This document shows, in pieces, positions 1-7,482 of a DNA stretch of 64,000 nucleotides. A program made the translations under genes and the position numbers. Position 1 is the first letter of the stretch. Each line of letters opens with the position of its first letter. This stretch comes from a virus. The stretch covers positions 1 to 64,000 of the IMG/VR virus record IMGVR_UViG_3300006737_000029. One strand, written 5' to 3'. Under the pieces are notes generated by a model. That model made no database searches, was not told the origin of the DNA, and was given only the letters and a program-made list of their open reading frames with translations.

Positions 1-75
1 CGCACACTTACATTAGTGTCTGGAAAGTGTTTACTCTATGCTAGAAGAAATACGTCTACATCAGCTACAGTATAA
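1..75 (+). CDS. 3' end of a gene truncated by the window edge
   Basis: Frame 1 is open to TAA 73-75, which overlaps the ATG of the next gene (TAATG). Confidence 0.6.
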   Translation, partial: RTLTLVSGKCLLYARRNTSTSATV

Positions 76-854
76 TGGATATTTTAGGACTAGGATTACC
101 AATAACTAAAACACAATATTTTGATGGTCTTAAGGGACCAACTGATATAGGTGGTGATGATATTATATTGTGGTTTGACTGGACAGACAGACCCACAGTA
201 GTTGAATCTACTGGTAATATAGAATCAATTTCTAATAAAGCAACAGTTACACCCTGGTCTACTGCTTATCTTGCATCTATAGGTGGTACTCCTGTATACA
301 GCAACTTAAATGGTCAAAATGGTTTTAATTTTTCTAGTCATCTAGGTGGAGGACAATCTTATCAGTTATATGATTCAGGAGGTAATGCACAATCAGTTAA
401 TTATGGTGAAGATTATACAATAGCTGTAGTTCAAGAAAATGATGCTTTTTCAGGTGTTTCAGGAATAACTGGAGGTAGATCTCCTAATGGTTATGCTTTT
501 AGATGGAGCGGTTCTACTTTAATTGGAACAACTTATGCTCAAGGTGGACAAGCTAATGACTCTATTAATCCTGTAGGTACAAGTGAAAATGATTTTGGTT
601 TTTGTTTACAGATTGTTGATAATGTTAATGATCAAATATCAGTTGTATTTAACGGAGATTCAAATACTCCTGGAACTATAACTGGTGATCCTGTTAATAC
701 AGTAGGAGCACTTTATGTTGGTAAGGGAAATAATACTTCACAATACTTTACAGGTAAGATTTATGAGTTTATGCTTTTCAAAGGAGTGCTATCACCAGAA
801 CAACTAGTTCAACTAAACACATATGTTAAAACAAAATATGACTTTACTTTTTAA
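75..854 (+). CDS. LamG/concanavalin-A-like lectin-fold virion protein
   Basis: N-terminal LWFD and C-terminal 'LYVG...YFTGKIYEFMLF...L..Y...KY' pattern typical of phage LamG-like domains; G/S/T/N-rich. Confidence 0.6.
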   Translation: MDILGLGLPITKTQYFDGLKGPTDIGGDDIILWFDWTDRPTVVESTGNIESISNKATVTPWSTAYLASIGGTPVYSNLNGQNGFNFSSHLGGGQSYQLYDSGGNAQSVNYGEDYTIAVVQENDAFSGVSGITGGRSPNGYAFRWSGSTLIGTTYAQGGQANDSINPVGTSENDFGFCLQIVDNVNDQISVVFNGDSNTPGTITGDPVNTVGALYVGKGNNTSQYFTGKIYEFMLFKGVLSPEQLVQLNTYVKTKYDFTF

Positions 855-858
855 ACCT

Positions 859-1908
859 ATGAGAACAATTATTTTTATATTATTATTTTGCGTTAGTTTA
901 ACAACTAATGGGCAAATATTTAGTGATTTCTTTAAGTATTCAACGATTTATACATCAGTTAATGGGAACAACTCAGTAGCTGATCAGACTGTTTATGATA
1001 TAAAAACAGGGACGTTACTTAACGAAGTAGTAGAGACCCCTTATGATTATACATTAACATTAGGGATTAGAAAGATACAAAGATTTCAATACGAACCACA
1101 GTTACCATTTAAAGATGGGACAGAGACATCATATAACGATGCAGCTACTATAGGAAGAGTAAAGAAAGGATTTGAATATTTATTTGAAGTAGATTATGCG
1201 AGGCAACAAGGTATTAGGTTTGTTAACCAGAACCATTTCTTAAGGTACAATACAACGAAGTGGATGGCTAAAGTAGAATACTTACAAGATGGATTTGCAG
1301 ACATAAAATATTTTGAAAGTTCTCAACGAGCAAGGATTAATTCAAAGGGCAAACTCTCTTTTAACGTGGGGGCATGTCAGAGAATCTCAGAGCCCTATGG
1401 ATTTAATCCGCTTGAGGAGTGGATGTTACCTAACGGGACCTTGCACTATACTCAACTAGCGCTTGATGAAGGTTACACGGTCAACTTTTCTGACCCTGAG
1501 AATATAGAGTACTTAAGTCCTTCTGGTAACGTTGTAGCAAATAGCGTAGAAGTGTGGGAAGCAGTGGTTGTTCCTGAAATACTTTCTAACTATGTTGACG
1601 CTGAGAGAGCTGAATTACAAAGTCAATGGGTTCATTCTTTGATTATAGGATTTGATTACTATAAATATAACAAAGACATATGGCTGCATGCATGGGGTAA
1701 CGTACTACCTTATCACTATAATGATGGCGGGCAGTTTTCATATCATAACTTTAATGATGGTAAACAATGGTTGGATTATTCTGCAGGAATGATCTTTGGT
1801 TATAAAGTAACAAGAAATCTTGGAGCCTTTGTAGAAGGTAAGTATAATAAATACTGGGACAGAAAGTGGTATAACTTTAAATTTGGTATTAACTACAAAA
1901 TATTTTAA
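859..1908 (+). CDS. putative secreted outer-membrane beta-barrel protein
   Basis: Signal-peptide-like MRTIIFILLFCVSLTTNG from ATG 859; aromatic-rich amphipathic strands; C-terminus YNFKFGINYKIF ends in Phe. Confidence 0.55.
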   Translation: MRTIIFILLFCVSLTTNGQIFSDFFKYSTIYTSVNGNNSVADQTVYDIKTGTLLNEVVETPYDYTLTLGIRKIQRFQYEPQLPFKDGTETSYNDAATIGRVKKGFEYLFEVDYARQQGIRFVNQNHFLRYNTTKWMAKVEYLQDGFADIKYFESSQRARINSKGKLSFNVGACQRISEPYGFNPLEEWMLPNGTLHYTQLALDEGYTVNFSDPENIEYLSPSGNVVANSVEVWEAVVVPEILSNYVDAERAELQSQWVHSLIIGFDYYKYNKDIWLHAWGNVLPYHYNDGGQFSYHNFNDGKQWLDYSAGMIFGYKVTRNLGAFVEGKYNKYWDRKWYNFKFGINYKIF

Positions 1909-1910
1909 TT

Positions 1911-2048
1911 ATGGCTAAAAAGAAAAAAACAAAAAGTAAAAAAGATGCTTGCTACCATAAAGCTAAGGCTAAGTATAGTGTGTTTCCTAGTGCTTATGCT
2001 AGTGGATATATTGCTAAGTGTAGAAAACGTAGAGGTAAAATAAAGTAA
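1911..2048 (+). CDS. small basic protein (45 aa, PSAYASG motif)
   Basis: Not in the ORF track; MAKKKKTKSKKDACYHKAKAKYSVFPSAYASGYIAKCRKRRGKIK; stop overlaps next ATG (TAATG). Confidence 0.75.
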   Translation: MAKKKKTKSKKDACYHKAKAKYSVFPSAYASGYIAKCRKRRGKIK

Positions 2049-2305
2049 TGGCAGTAAGAAAAACAAAAGCAGGAGCTAATCTTAAACGTTGGTTTAAAGA
2101 GAAGTGGAAAGATGAAAAGGGTAACCCTTGTGGATCTTCTAAAAATAAGAAGACTAAAAAGTGTAGACCTACTAAACGTGTGTCAAAGAAAACACCACGT
2201 ACATGGGGATCTTTATCTAAGTCACAAAAAGCTAAAGCTGTTGCTGAAAAAAAGAAAGTAGGAATGGGCCGTAGAACTAGCTCTATTAAAAAACGTAAGA
2301 AATAA
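2048..2305 (+). CDS. small basic protein, DUF5872-like
   Basis: LKRWFKEKWKD...CG...CRP motif; K/R-rich; translationally coupled at both ends. Confidence 0.65.
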   Translation: MAVRKTKAGANLKRWFKEKWKDEKGNPCGSSKNKKTKKCRPTKRVSKKTPRTWGSLSKSQKAKAVAEKKKVGMGRRTSSIKKRKK

Positions 2306-2592
2306 TGGCTACTAAAAAGAAAACAGTTAAGAAAAAAACAGTTAAGAAAAAAGGTGCTACTAAAGGTTGTGGTATTAAAAACGGTTGCAAAAGCAAAAAG
2401 GGTGGACTAACTGCTAAGGGCCGTAAAATGATTAATAAAAAGACCGGGTCTAATCTTAAGGCTCCTCAACCAGGCGGAGGCCCAAGAAAGAAATCTTTTT
2501 GTGCTAGATTTAAAGGTATGAAAGGTCCAATGAAAAAACCAAATGGTAAGCCAACACGTAAAGCGCTTGCTATGAAAAGATGGAAGTGTTAA
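2305..2592 (+). CDS. small basic protein, DUF6321-like
   Basis: GGLTAKGR...LKAP...RKKSFCAR...W.C motif common in aquatic phages. Confidence 0.65.
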   Translation: MATKKKTVKKKTVKKKGATKGCGIKNGCKSKKGGLTAKGRKMINKKTGSNLKAPQPGGGPRKKSFCARFKGMKGPMKKPNGKPTRKALAMKRWKC

Positions 2593-3291
2593 ATGAGTTG
2601 GTTAGGACAACATATATGGGGATTTATATCTAGATTTAGAAATAAGATATACATAGAAACTATTGAGACAGGTACATCTGATAAAGTTTTAGTTAGAGAA
2701 TCAGACGGACTAGTTAAAGAGAAGGATTGCAAGTGCGCTAAAGGTGATGAAGTAAAAGAAGTGAGAGGCACATCTCCAATTCAAGTAGATAATACTGATG
2801 TAGAAAAACCTGTAGTATCTGTTACCGCTGCTTCTGGAAGTAGTAGAGGTACAATGACTGCTGCTGATTTTACTAAGTTAGCTGGTGTTGCAACAGGAGC
2901 AACAAGAAATGTTGGTGAAGTTAAAGAAGTAAGAGGGACGGCCCCTGTATCTGTAGATGCTACGGATCCAGAGAAACCGGTTGTATCTGTTAATGATGCA
3001 AGCAGAACTGCAACAGGGCTGATGACCAAAACAGAATATATAAAACTTCAAAGTATAGCAGCTAATGCAGACGTAACCCCAACATGGGTACCTGCTAAAG
3101 ATCCAAGTTATCTAACAGCAACTGTTGGATTTAGTGGTACACTTACAGTTTTAGCTGATGTAGTAAAAGGAGTAAATAGTTATCTAGAGATAACAGTTAG
3201 AAACGGTTTAATAATATCAACAAAGTCTGTGTTGTCACAGAATGCTAATGGCCCTTCTGTTCCAGCAGCATCAGGCCCAACACCAAAATAA
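2593..3291 (+). CDS. fibre-like structural protein with 56-aa tandem repeat
   Basis: Two copies of EVKEVRGT.P..VD.TD.EKPVVSV..AS....G.MT.....KL; the G.M..ADK.KL-like element is typical of phage fibres. Confidence 0.55.
   Translation: MSWLGQHIWGFISRFRNKIYIETIETGTSDKVLVRESDGLVKEKDCKCAKGDEVKEVRGTSPIQVDNTDVEKPVVSVTAASGSSRGTMTAADFTKLAGVATGATRNVGEVKEVRGTAPVSVDATDPEKPVVSVNDASRTATGLMTKTEYIKLQSIAANADVTPTWVPAKDPSYLTATVGFSGTLTVLADVVKGVNSYLEITVRNGLIISTKSVLSQNANGPSVPAASGPTPK
2749..3084 (+). repeat. diverged 168-bp tandem duplication
   Basis: EVKEVRG codons start at 2749 and 2917 (168 nt apart). Confidence 0.8.
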
Positions 3292-3302
3292 AAAAATAAA
3301 TT

Positions 3303-3731
3303 ATGCCAGTAATAATAAAACCTGTAATAGGACTAGGAACAAGAGTTATGAAGATCCGTGAATGGACCCCTATTGATAAGTGTGGGCCTAGCGGAGTTTC
3401 AGATATGCAACAGGATACAGCAAAGTTTAAAGAAGTTACTTTCTGTAATATTAATAAATCTGGTCCTGTAGTTATACATGTAGGTGTGTTTCAAAGAGGT
3501 ACTTTTGCTGGGGGAGTTTTAACAACTGAATTAAATCCTCCTGATGTAGCATTGATGCTACAGTATAATACAGAAGTTCCAGTAGGTGCTACCTTTAGTT
3601 TAAAAGATTTTTATATAGATAGATTATACTTAGAGTGTGGAGACTCACAAAATGAACCAATAGTTGCTGTATGGGTTTCTTCAGAAAAAGAAACTGAGAC
3701 AGGGTATTTAGATGTAATACAGAGAAGATAA
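3303..3731 (+). CDS. hypothetical protein (possibly virion)
   Basis: 142-aa ORF, A-rich leader, coupled to the next gene. Confidence 0.6.
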   Translation: MPVIIKPVIGLGTRVMKIREWTPIDKCGPSGVSDMQQDTAKFKEVTFCNINKSGPVVIHVGVFQRGTFAGGVLTTELNPPDVALMLQYNTEVPVGATFSLKDFYIDRLYLECGDSQNEPIVAVWVSSEKETETGYLDVIQRR

Positions 3732-3964
3732 TGTGGAAATTATTTAAAGATAAGAACGATATAAATGAAAAGAATGTAGTTGGGTTTATATCTTTTGCTA
3801 TAATGGTGCTGTTTGCTATTATAGATTTGGGAACCGCTCTTATGTACCTAGGGTATGTGGGAGGTGGTGAATTAGAAATTAACGACACTATATACAACTC
3901 TTTTGTTATGGTAACATTAGGGTGTTTTGGTATTAGTGCATTTGAAAAAATTAAAAAATCTTAA
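3731..3964 (+). CDS. two-TM membrane protein, possible holin/antiholin
   Basis: Two hydrophobic segments, basic C-terminus EKIKKS, close to the holin. Confidence 0.55.
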   Translation: MWKLFKDKNDINEKNVVGFISFAIMVLFAIIDLGTALMYLGYVGGGELEINDTIYNSFVMVTLGCFGISAFEKIKKS

Positions 3965-3968
3965 GGTT

Positions 3969-4061
3969 ATGAAAAAATTTATTTGTATTTTATTATGTAA
4001 GGTAACGTTTAACAAAGTATGCTTAGGCTGGTGTGGACCAGACTGCTGCTTAAAAAAATAA
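3969..4061 (+). CDS. Cys-rich mini-protein (30 aa)
   Basis: Not in track; MKKFICILLCKVTFNKVCLGWCGPDCCLKK fills the gap between neighbours. Confidence 0.55.
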   Translation: MKKFICILLCKVTFNKVCLGWCGPDCCLKK

Positions 4062-4065
4062 AATT

Positions 4066-4239
4066 ATGCCAAATAATATGAGAAGGGCGGGTATGAAGTA
4101 CGGAACAGGTGGTTCTACACGTCCAAACAAAATGCCTTCTTATAGAAAGGGGGGACAAGCTAGTTTACTAACTAAAATATCTAGAGCTCCTAAGAAAAAG
4201 AAAGGAATGAAAGGCTGTGGGTGTGGTGGTCAAGTATAA
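4066..4239 (+). CDS. small basic protein with three xxGG motifs (57 aa)
   Basis: Not in track; MPNNMRRAGMKYGTGG...SYRKGG...KGCGCGGQV. Confidence 0.65.
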   Translation: MPNNMRRAGMKYGTGGSTRPNKMPSYRKGGQASLLTKISRAPKKKKGMKGCGCGGQV

Positions 4240-4253
4240 TAAATAAAAATAAT

Positions 4254-4646
4254 ATGAGTATACTAGGAACTATATTTAGTGGAGGAGCAAAAGATCTTGT
4301 TGAAAGTGTTGGTGGTGTCATTGATGGACTCCACACTTCAGACGAAGAGAAGCTGGCCGCTAAACAAAAAATGAAAGAACTTGTAGCTACTTATGAGATA
4401 GAGATGGAAAAGCAAATCACTTCAAGGTGGGAAGCTGATATGAAGTCTGACTCATGGCTATCTAAAAACATTAGACCATTAGTATTAGCATTCTTAGTTG
4501 TTAGTACCGTGCTATTAATATTTATTGATGCAGGTGTTATCAACTTTGTTGTTGAAGCTAAATGGACTGATTTATTGCAATTAGTATTAATCACGGTGAT
4601 TGGTGCCTACTTTGGTGGCCGTTCACTAGAAAAAACAAAGAAATAA
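4254..4646 (+). CDS. holin, 3TM (GTA_holin_3TM-like)
   Basis: True start probably ATG 4254 (MSILGTIFSGG); RWEADMKSDSWLSKNIRP followed by TM helices and AYFGGRSLEK. Confidence 0.75.
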   Translation: MSILGTIFSGGAKDLVESVGGVIDGLHTSDEEKLAAKQKMKELVATYEIEMEKQITSRWEADMKSDSWLSKNIRPLVLAFLVVSTVLLIFIDAGVINFVVEAKWTDLLQLVLITVIGAYFGGRSLEKTKK

Positions 4647-4726
4647 TGGGACAATGTGTATGTGGTAAAACAAAAGCAGAAGACGGTTCTTGTGATGGAT
4701 CTCACAAGGAAAAGTGTACTAAGTAA
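4646..4726 (+). CDS. minimal CDGSH-type iron-sulfur peptide (26 aa)
   Basis: Not in track; MGQCVCGKTKAEDGSCDGSHKEKCTK; TAATG overlaps at both ends. Confidence 0.75.
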   Translation: MGQCVCGKTKAEDGSCDGSHKEKCTK

Positions 4727-5079
4727 TGTATACTTATACTATTGAACTTATACGGGTCATTGATGGTGATACTATTGATGCATATATTGACCTGGGCTTT
4801 GATGTCAAGGTTAAGAAACGTATAAGATTCATGGGTATAAATACTCCTGAGTCACGAACTAGAGACCTTGAAGAAAAGAAACGGGGCCTAGCTGCAAAAG
4901 ATAGAGTTAAGTGTTTACTTGAATGCTGCTGTAGAATTGAATTAAAATCCCACGGTGTGGGCAAATACGGCAGGTGTCTTGGTGAAATAACTATAGATAC
5001 AGAAGGTAAGATTGAAAACTTAAATGAATTGTTAATTGCTGAAGGTCATGCAGTAGCATACTTTGGTGGAAAAAGATAA
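4726..5079 (+). CDS. thermonuclease (SNase) family protein
   Basis: RVIDGDT, RIRFMGINTPE, GKYGRCL and LNELLIAEGHA motifs. Confidence 0.9.
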   Translation: MYTYTIELIRVIDGDTIDAYIDLGFDVKVKKRIRFMGINTPESRTRDLEEKKRGLAAKDRVKCLLECCCRIELKSHGVGKYGRCLGEITIDTEGKIENLNELLIAEGHAVAYFGGKR

Positions 5080-5081
5080 AG

Positions 5082-5240
5082 ATGAAAAAAATAAATTGGA
5101 TAAATTCTTGGAGACAAGGAAATAAAAAAGAGATATATGATGTCTCAATTAGATTAGGAAGACTTACATTACTTGAATTGTACTGTAATCCTGGTGTTGA
5201 GCATAGATTTATAGTTTTAAACTTTGGGTTTGAGCTGTAA
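5082..5240 (+). CDS. hypothetical protein (52 aa)
   Basis: Not in track; MKKINWINSW...VLNFGFEL, fills the intergenic gap. Confidence 0.55.
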   Translation: MKKINWINSWRQGNKKEIYDVSIRLGRLTLLELYCNPGVEHRFIVLNFGFEL

Positions 5241-5245
5241 ATTTA

Positions 5246-5254
5246 GTATATTAT
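5246..5254 (+). promoter_or_regulatory. GTATATTA motif, candidate phage late promoter
   Basis: Same motif at 31945, 48459, 53441, 54833 and 61069, each upstream of a + strand gene. Confidence 0.55.
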
Positions 5255-5262
5255 AATATACT

Positions 5263-5538
5263 ATGGCAACTAAAAGAGATTATAAAAAAGAATACAAGAA
5301 GTTTCAGTCCTCTACTAAAGCAAAAAAGGATAGAGCAGCTAGAAACAAATCACGTAGACAAGGTCTCAAGGTTGGTAAAGTACGTAAAGGAGATGGAAAA
5401 GATCTTCATCACCCAAGCGGGCCCCGTTCTAAGAAGACAGTTGTTATGTCTGCTTCAAAGAATAGAGGCAAAAAAGAAAAAAGTAGAGTAAAAGGTAGTA
5501 AAAGAAACTACCCTAAAACAAGAAAAAAAAGTAAATAA
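5263..5538 (+). CDS. small basic HNH-like protein
   Basis: RDYKKEY...RAARN...KGDGKDLHH...SASKNRG pattern. Confidence 0.6.
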   Translation: MATKRDYKKEYKKFQSSTKAKKDRAARNKSRRQGLKVGKVRKGDGKDLHHPSGPRSKKTVVMSASKNRGKKEKSRVKGSKRNYPKTRKKSK

Positions 5539-5556
5539 TTAAAACACTATAGAAAA

Positions 5557-5973
5557 ATGGCAACAATTACAGCAAGACTTACTTTAACAGGCACTGGTAC
5601 AACTAGTGACGTGTTAAATATAGATAAAAGCAAAGCGCTTACAGTAACAAATCCAACTGTTCAAGTTGGTACAACAAAATTAACAACAACATATGCAACA
5701 ACTATTTCTGATTTAGACGGTAGTAAGAATGCTGTAGATACTTATTTGTATATTATGAATACGTCTCCAGGATCTGAAACAGTTCATGTACAAGTTGTAG
5801 CAACAGCTACATGTACTGAGTCAGGTACAGCTACAGTAACACAATCTCCTCTAGCTAAATTAGCTAAAGGTGAGTTTGCAATAGTTCCTCTTGAGGCAGG
5901 TGCTAAAGTGCAGTTTAAAGGATCTGCTGTTACTGCAGTTATGGAGTACGGCTTCTGGACTAAGGGAGTTTAG
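5557..5973 (+). CDS. hypothetical beta-rich structural protein
   Basis: T/A/V-rich 138-aa ORF, last gene of the + block. Confidence 0.6.
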   Translation: MATITARLTLTGTGTTSDVLNIDKSKALTVTNPTVQVGTTKLTTTYATTISDLDGSKNAVDTYLYIMNTSPGSETVHVQVVATATCTESGTATVTQSPLAKLAKGEFAIVPLEAGAKVQFKGSAVTAVMEYGFWTKGV

Positions 5974-6170
5974 TCAAAATCATATATAGTTGCTAAATAA
6001 TTGATTGCCCAATCATATGCAGCAGCCGGGTGAGTAAATAGTTTTCTTTTTCTTTTTACCCATCCGGTTGTTTTGCGTTCATATACCATGAACTCCCATT
6101 TTTTTCTATAGGGTCTACAGCTTACCCATATTCCCCTTTCTAATAAATATTTTATGTCATGTTCTTCCAT
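5970..6170 (-). CDS. hypothetical protein
   Basis: ORF from ATG 6170 (MEEHDIK...), convergent with the + block. Confidence 0.6.
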   Translation of the reverse strand: MEEHDIKYLLERGIWVSCRPYRKKWEFMVYERKTTGWVKRKRKLFTHPAAAYDWAINYLATIYDFD

Positions 6171-6171
6171 A

Positions 6172-7008
6172 TTAAAAAATATATCTAATTGTTTTTGTGT
6201 CAAAATGATTTGAGTATATTTCCTTAAACATTGCTAGAAGCTTATGCTTCTTTGCTATAGGATACCTCATCACTCCTGATCTGTTTTTAACTTCATCTGA
6301 ATACTTCATAATCTCACGGGCCTCATCACTAGCTTTAATCATTTGATTAACATGATTAGTAAGTGCTATAACTTCACACTTGTTTTCACCTGCCACTTCT
6401 TTAACACGTTTAAATAGCTGATCATAATGCTTAGACCAACCGGGCATAAATATAAGAGGAGAATAATTTAAGTGTACTTCCCATCCTAATTCTTTGAGCC
6501 GATTAACATCAGCTATTCGGCTCTCTATCTTCTGCATCTTAGGTTCTAATACATCTGAATAAGCTTGAGGCATAAGGCTTACCCTTACTCTAGGTGGTTT
6601 ATTAAAATGATTAACATCAAGCTTAAGGAGACCCGGATACTTAGTAGCCATAGTACTATTTAACTGAGGGTGATCATCAAAGCGCTTAAGGTAATCATGT
6701 AATGGTTCAGGCATAAACTTTTGCATTAGAACTAAATCTGAATTACAAGCTATGTCTACCATTGTATATACTGGATCTTGTTGGTTAGGAACTTTAGTGT
6801 AGCCCGCTTCCCAAGCAAGAACAGAATTAAATATGTCATCAACATTTGTGTTGACGTAAACTCTTTTACCATTATATCTTGCCATATAACAGTAAGTATT
6901 TACACAACCCCCCATACATCCGTAGATTATATTGGGAGCTATGCAGTCAGAACTATTATTATTTTGTTTTGTTATTAATGTTTTTGTTTTTTGTTTTTTA
7001 ATTGCCAT
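6172..7008 (-). CDS. spore-photoproduct-lyase-like radical SAM protein
   Basis: SDCIAP...GCMGGCVNTYCY cysteine cluster, PNQQDP, ATKY, RVRVSLMP and VHLNYSP match the SplB-like family. Confidence 0.75.
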   Translation of the reverse strand: MAIKKQKTKTLITKQNNNSSDCIAPNIIYGCMGGCVNTYCYMARYNGKRVYVNTNVDDIFNSVLAWEAGYTKVPNQQDPVYTMVDIACNSDLVLMQKFMPEPLHDYLKRFDDHPQLNSTMATKYPGLLKLDVNHFNKPPRVRVSLMPQAYSDVLEPKMQKIESRIADVNRLKELGWEVHLNYSPLIFMPGWSKHYDQLFKRVKEVAGENKCEVIALTNHVNQMIKASDEAREIMKYSDEVKNRSGVMRYPIAKKHKLLAMFKEIYSNHFDTKTIRYIF

Positions 7009-7078
7009 GTTCTTTTATTAGTGTATAAGTAATAAACCACCATGCTATAACTATTATTGCAAACACAAGAGTGCTCAT
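6998..7078 (-). CDS. single-TM micro-protein (26 aa)
   Basis: MSTLVFAIIVIAWWFITYTLIKEHGN; overlaps neighbours. Confidence 0.45.
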   Translation of the reverse strand: MSTLVFAIIVIAWWFITYTLIKEHGN

Positions 7079-7167
7079 AAATTAGTTATAGCCATGATAA
7101 TTGTTGTTAATATAAGTCCACAAAATCCAATGAATGCTCCAATGTAACTACTTCTTTTTCCTTCCAT
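7075..7167 (-). CDS. single-TM micro-protein (30 aa)
   Basis: MEGKRSSYIGAFIGFCGLILTTIIMAITNL; ATGA overlap with the next ORF. Confidence 0.5.
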   Translation of the reverse strand: MEGKRSSYIGAFIGFCGLILTTIIMAITNL

Positions 7168-7273
7168 TGATTCTATTGTTTATGTGACCTTCAATTTGTG
7201 ATGCGGCATACATGCCAGTAACTATCCCTGTTATATACAGGGTTACTCCTCCAATAATGTAAATTAATTCCAT
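7148..7273 (-). CDS. single-TM micro-protein (41 aa)
   Basis: MELIYIIGGVTLYITGIVTGMYAASQ...GRKKK; A-rich leader. Confidence 0.55.
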   Translation of the reverse strand: MELIYIIGGVTLYITGIVTGMYAASQIEGHINNRINGRKKK

Positions 7274-7298
7274 TTTTTATTTAGTTTAGTTAGTTGTT

Positions 7299-7482
7299 AC
7301 CCAAAGGGTAGATGTCTTTCCATCAGTCAGTCTTGAATAATCTTGAAGCTTATGAATTACGTAAAATAAAAACCAGTTCAGGGGTCCGTGTTAACGCTGA
7401 GGCACACTCTTAACAATAAATTGCAGATTAAACATCATACTAGAAGACATCCTAGTAATAAACTACCTCACTTCAAACACAA
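7299..7482 (-). ncRNA. candidate structured RNA
   Basis: ORF-free; several complementary pairs (7438-7443/7452-7457, 7389-7394/7410-7415, 7311-7314/7321-7324, 7343-7348/7471-7476, 7307-7311/7463-7467). Confidence 0.4.
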
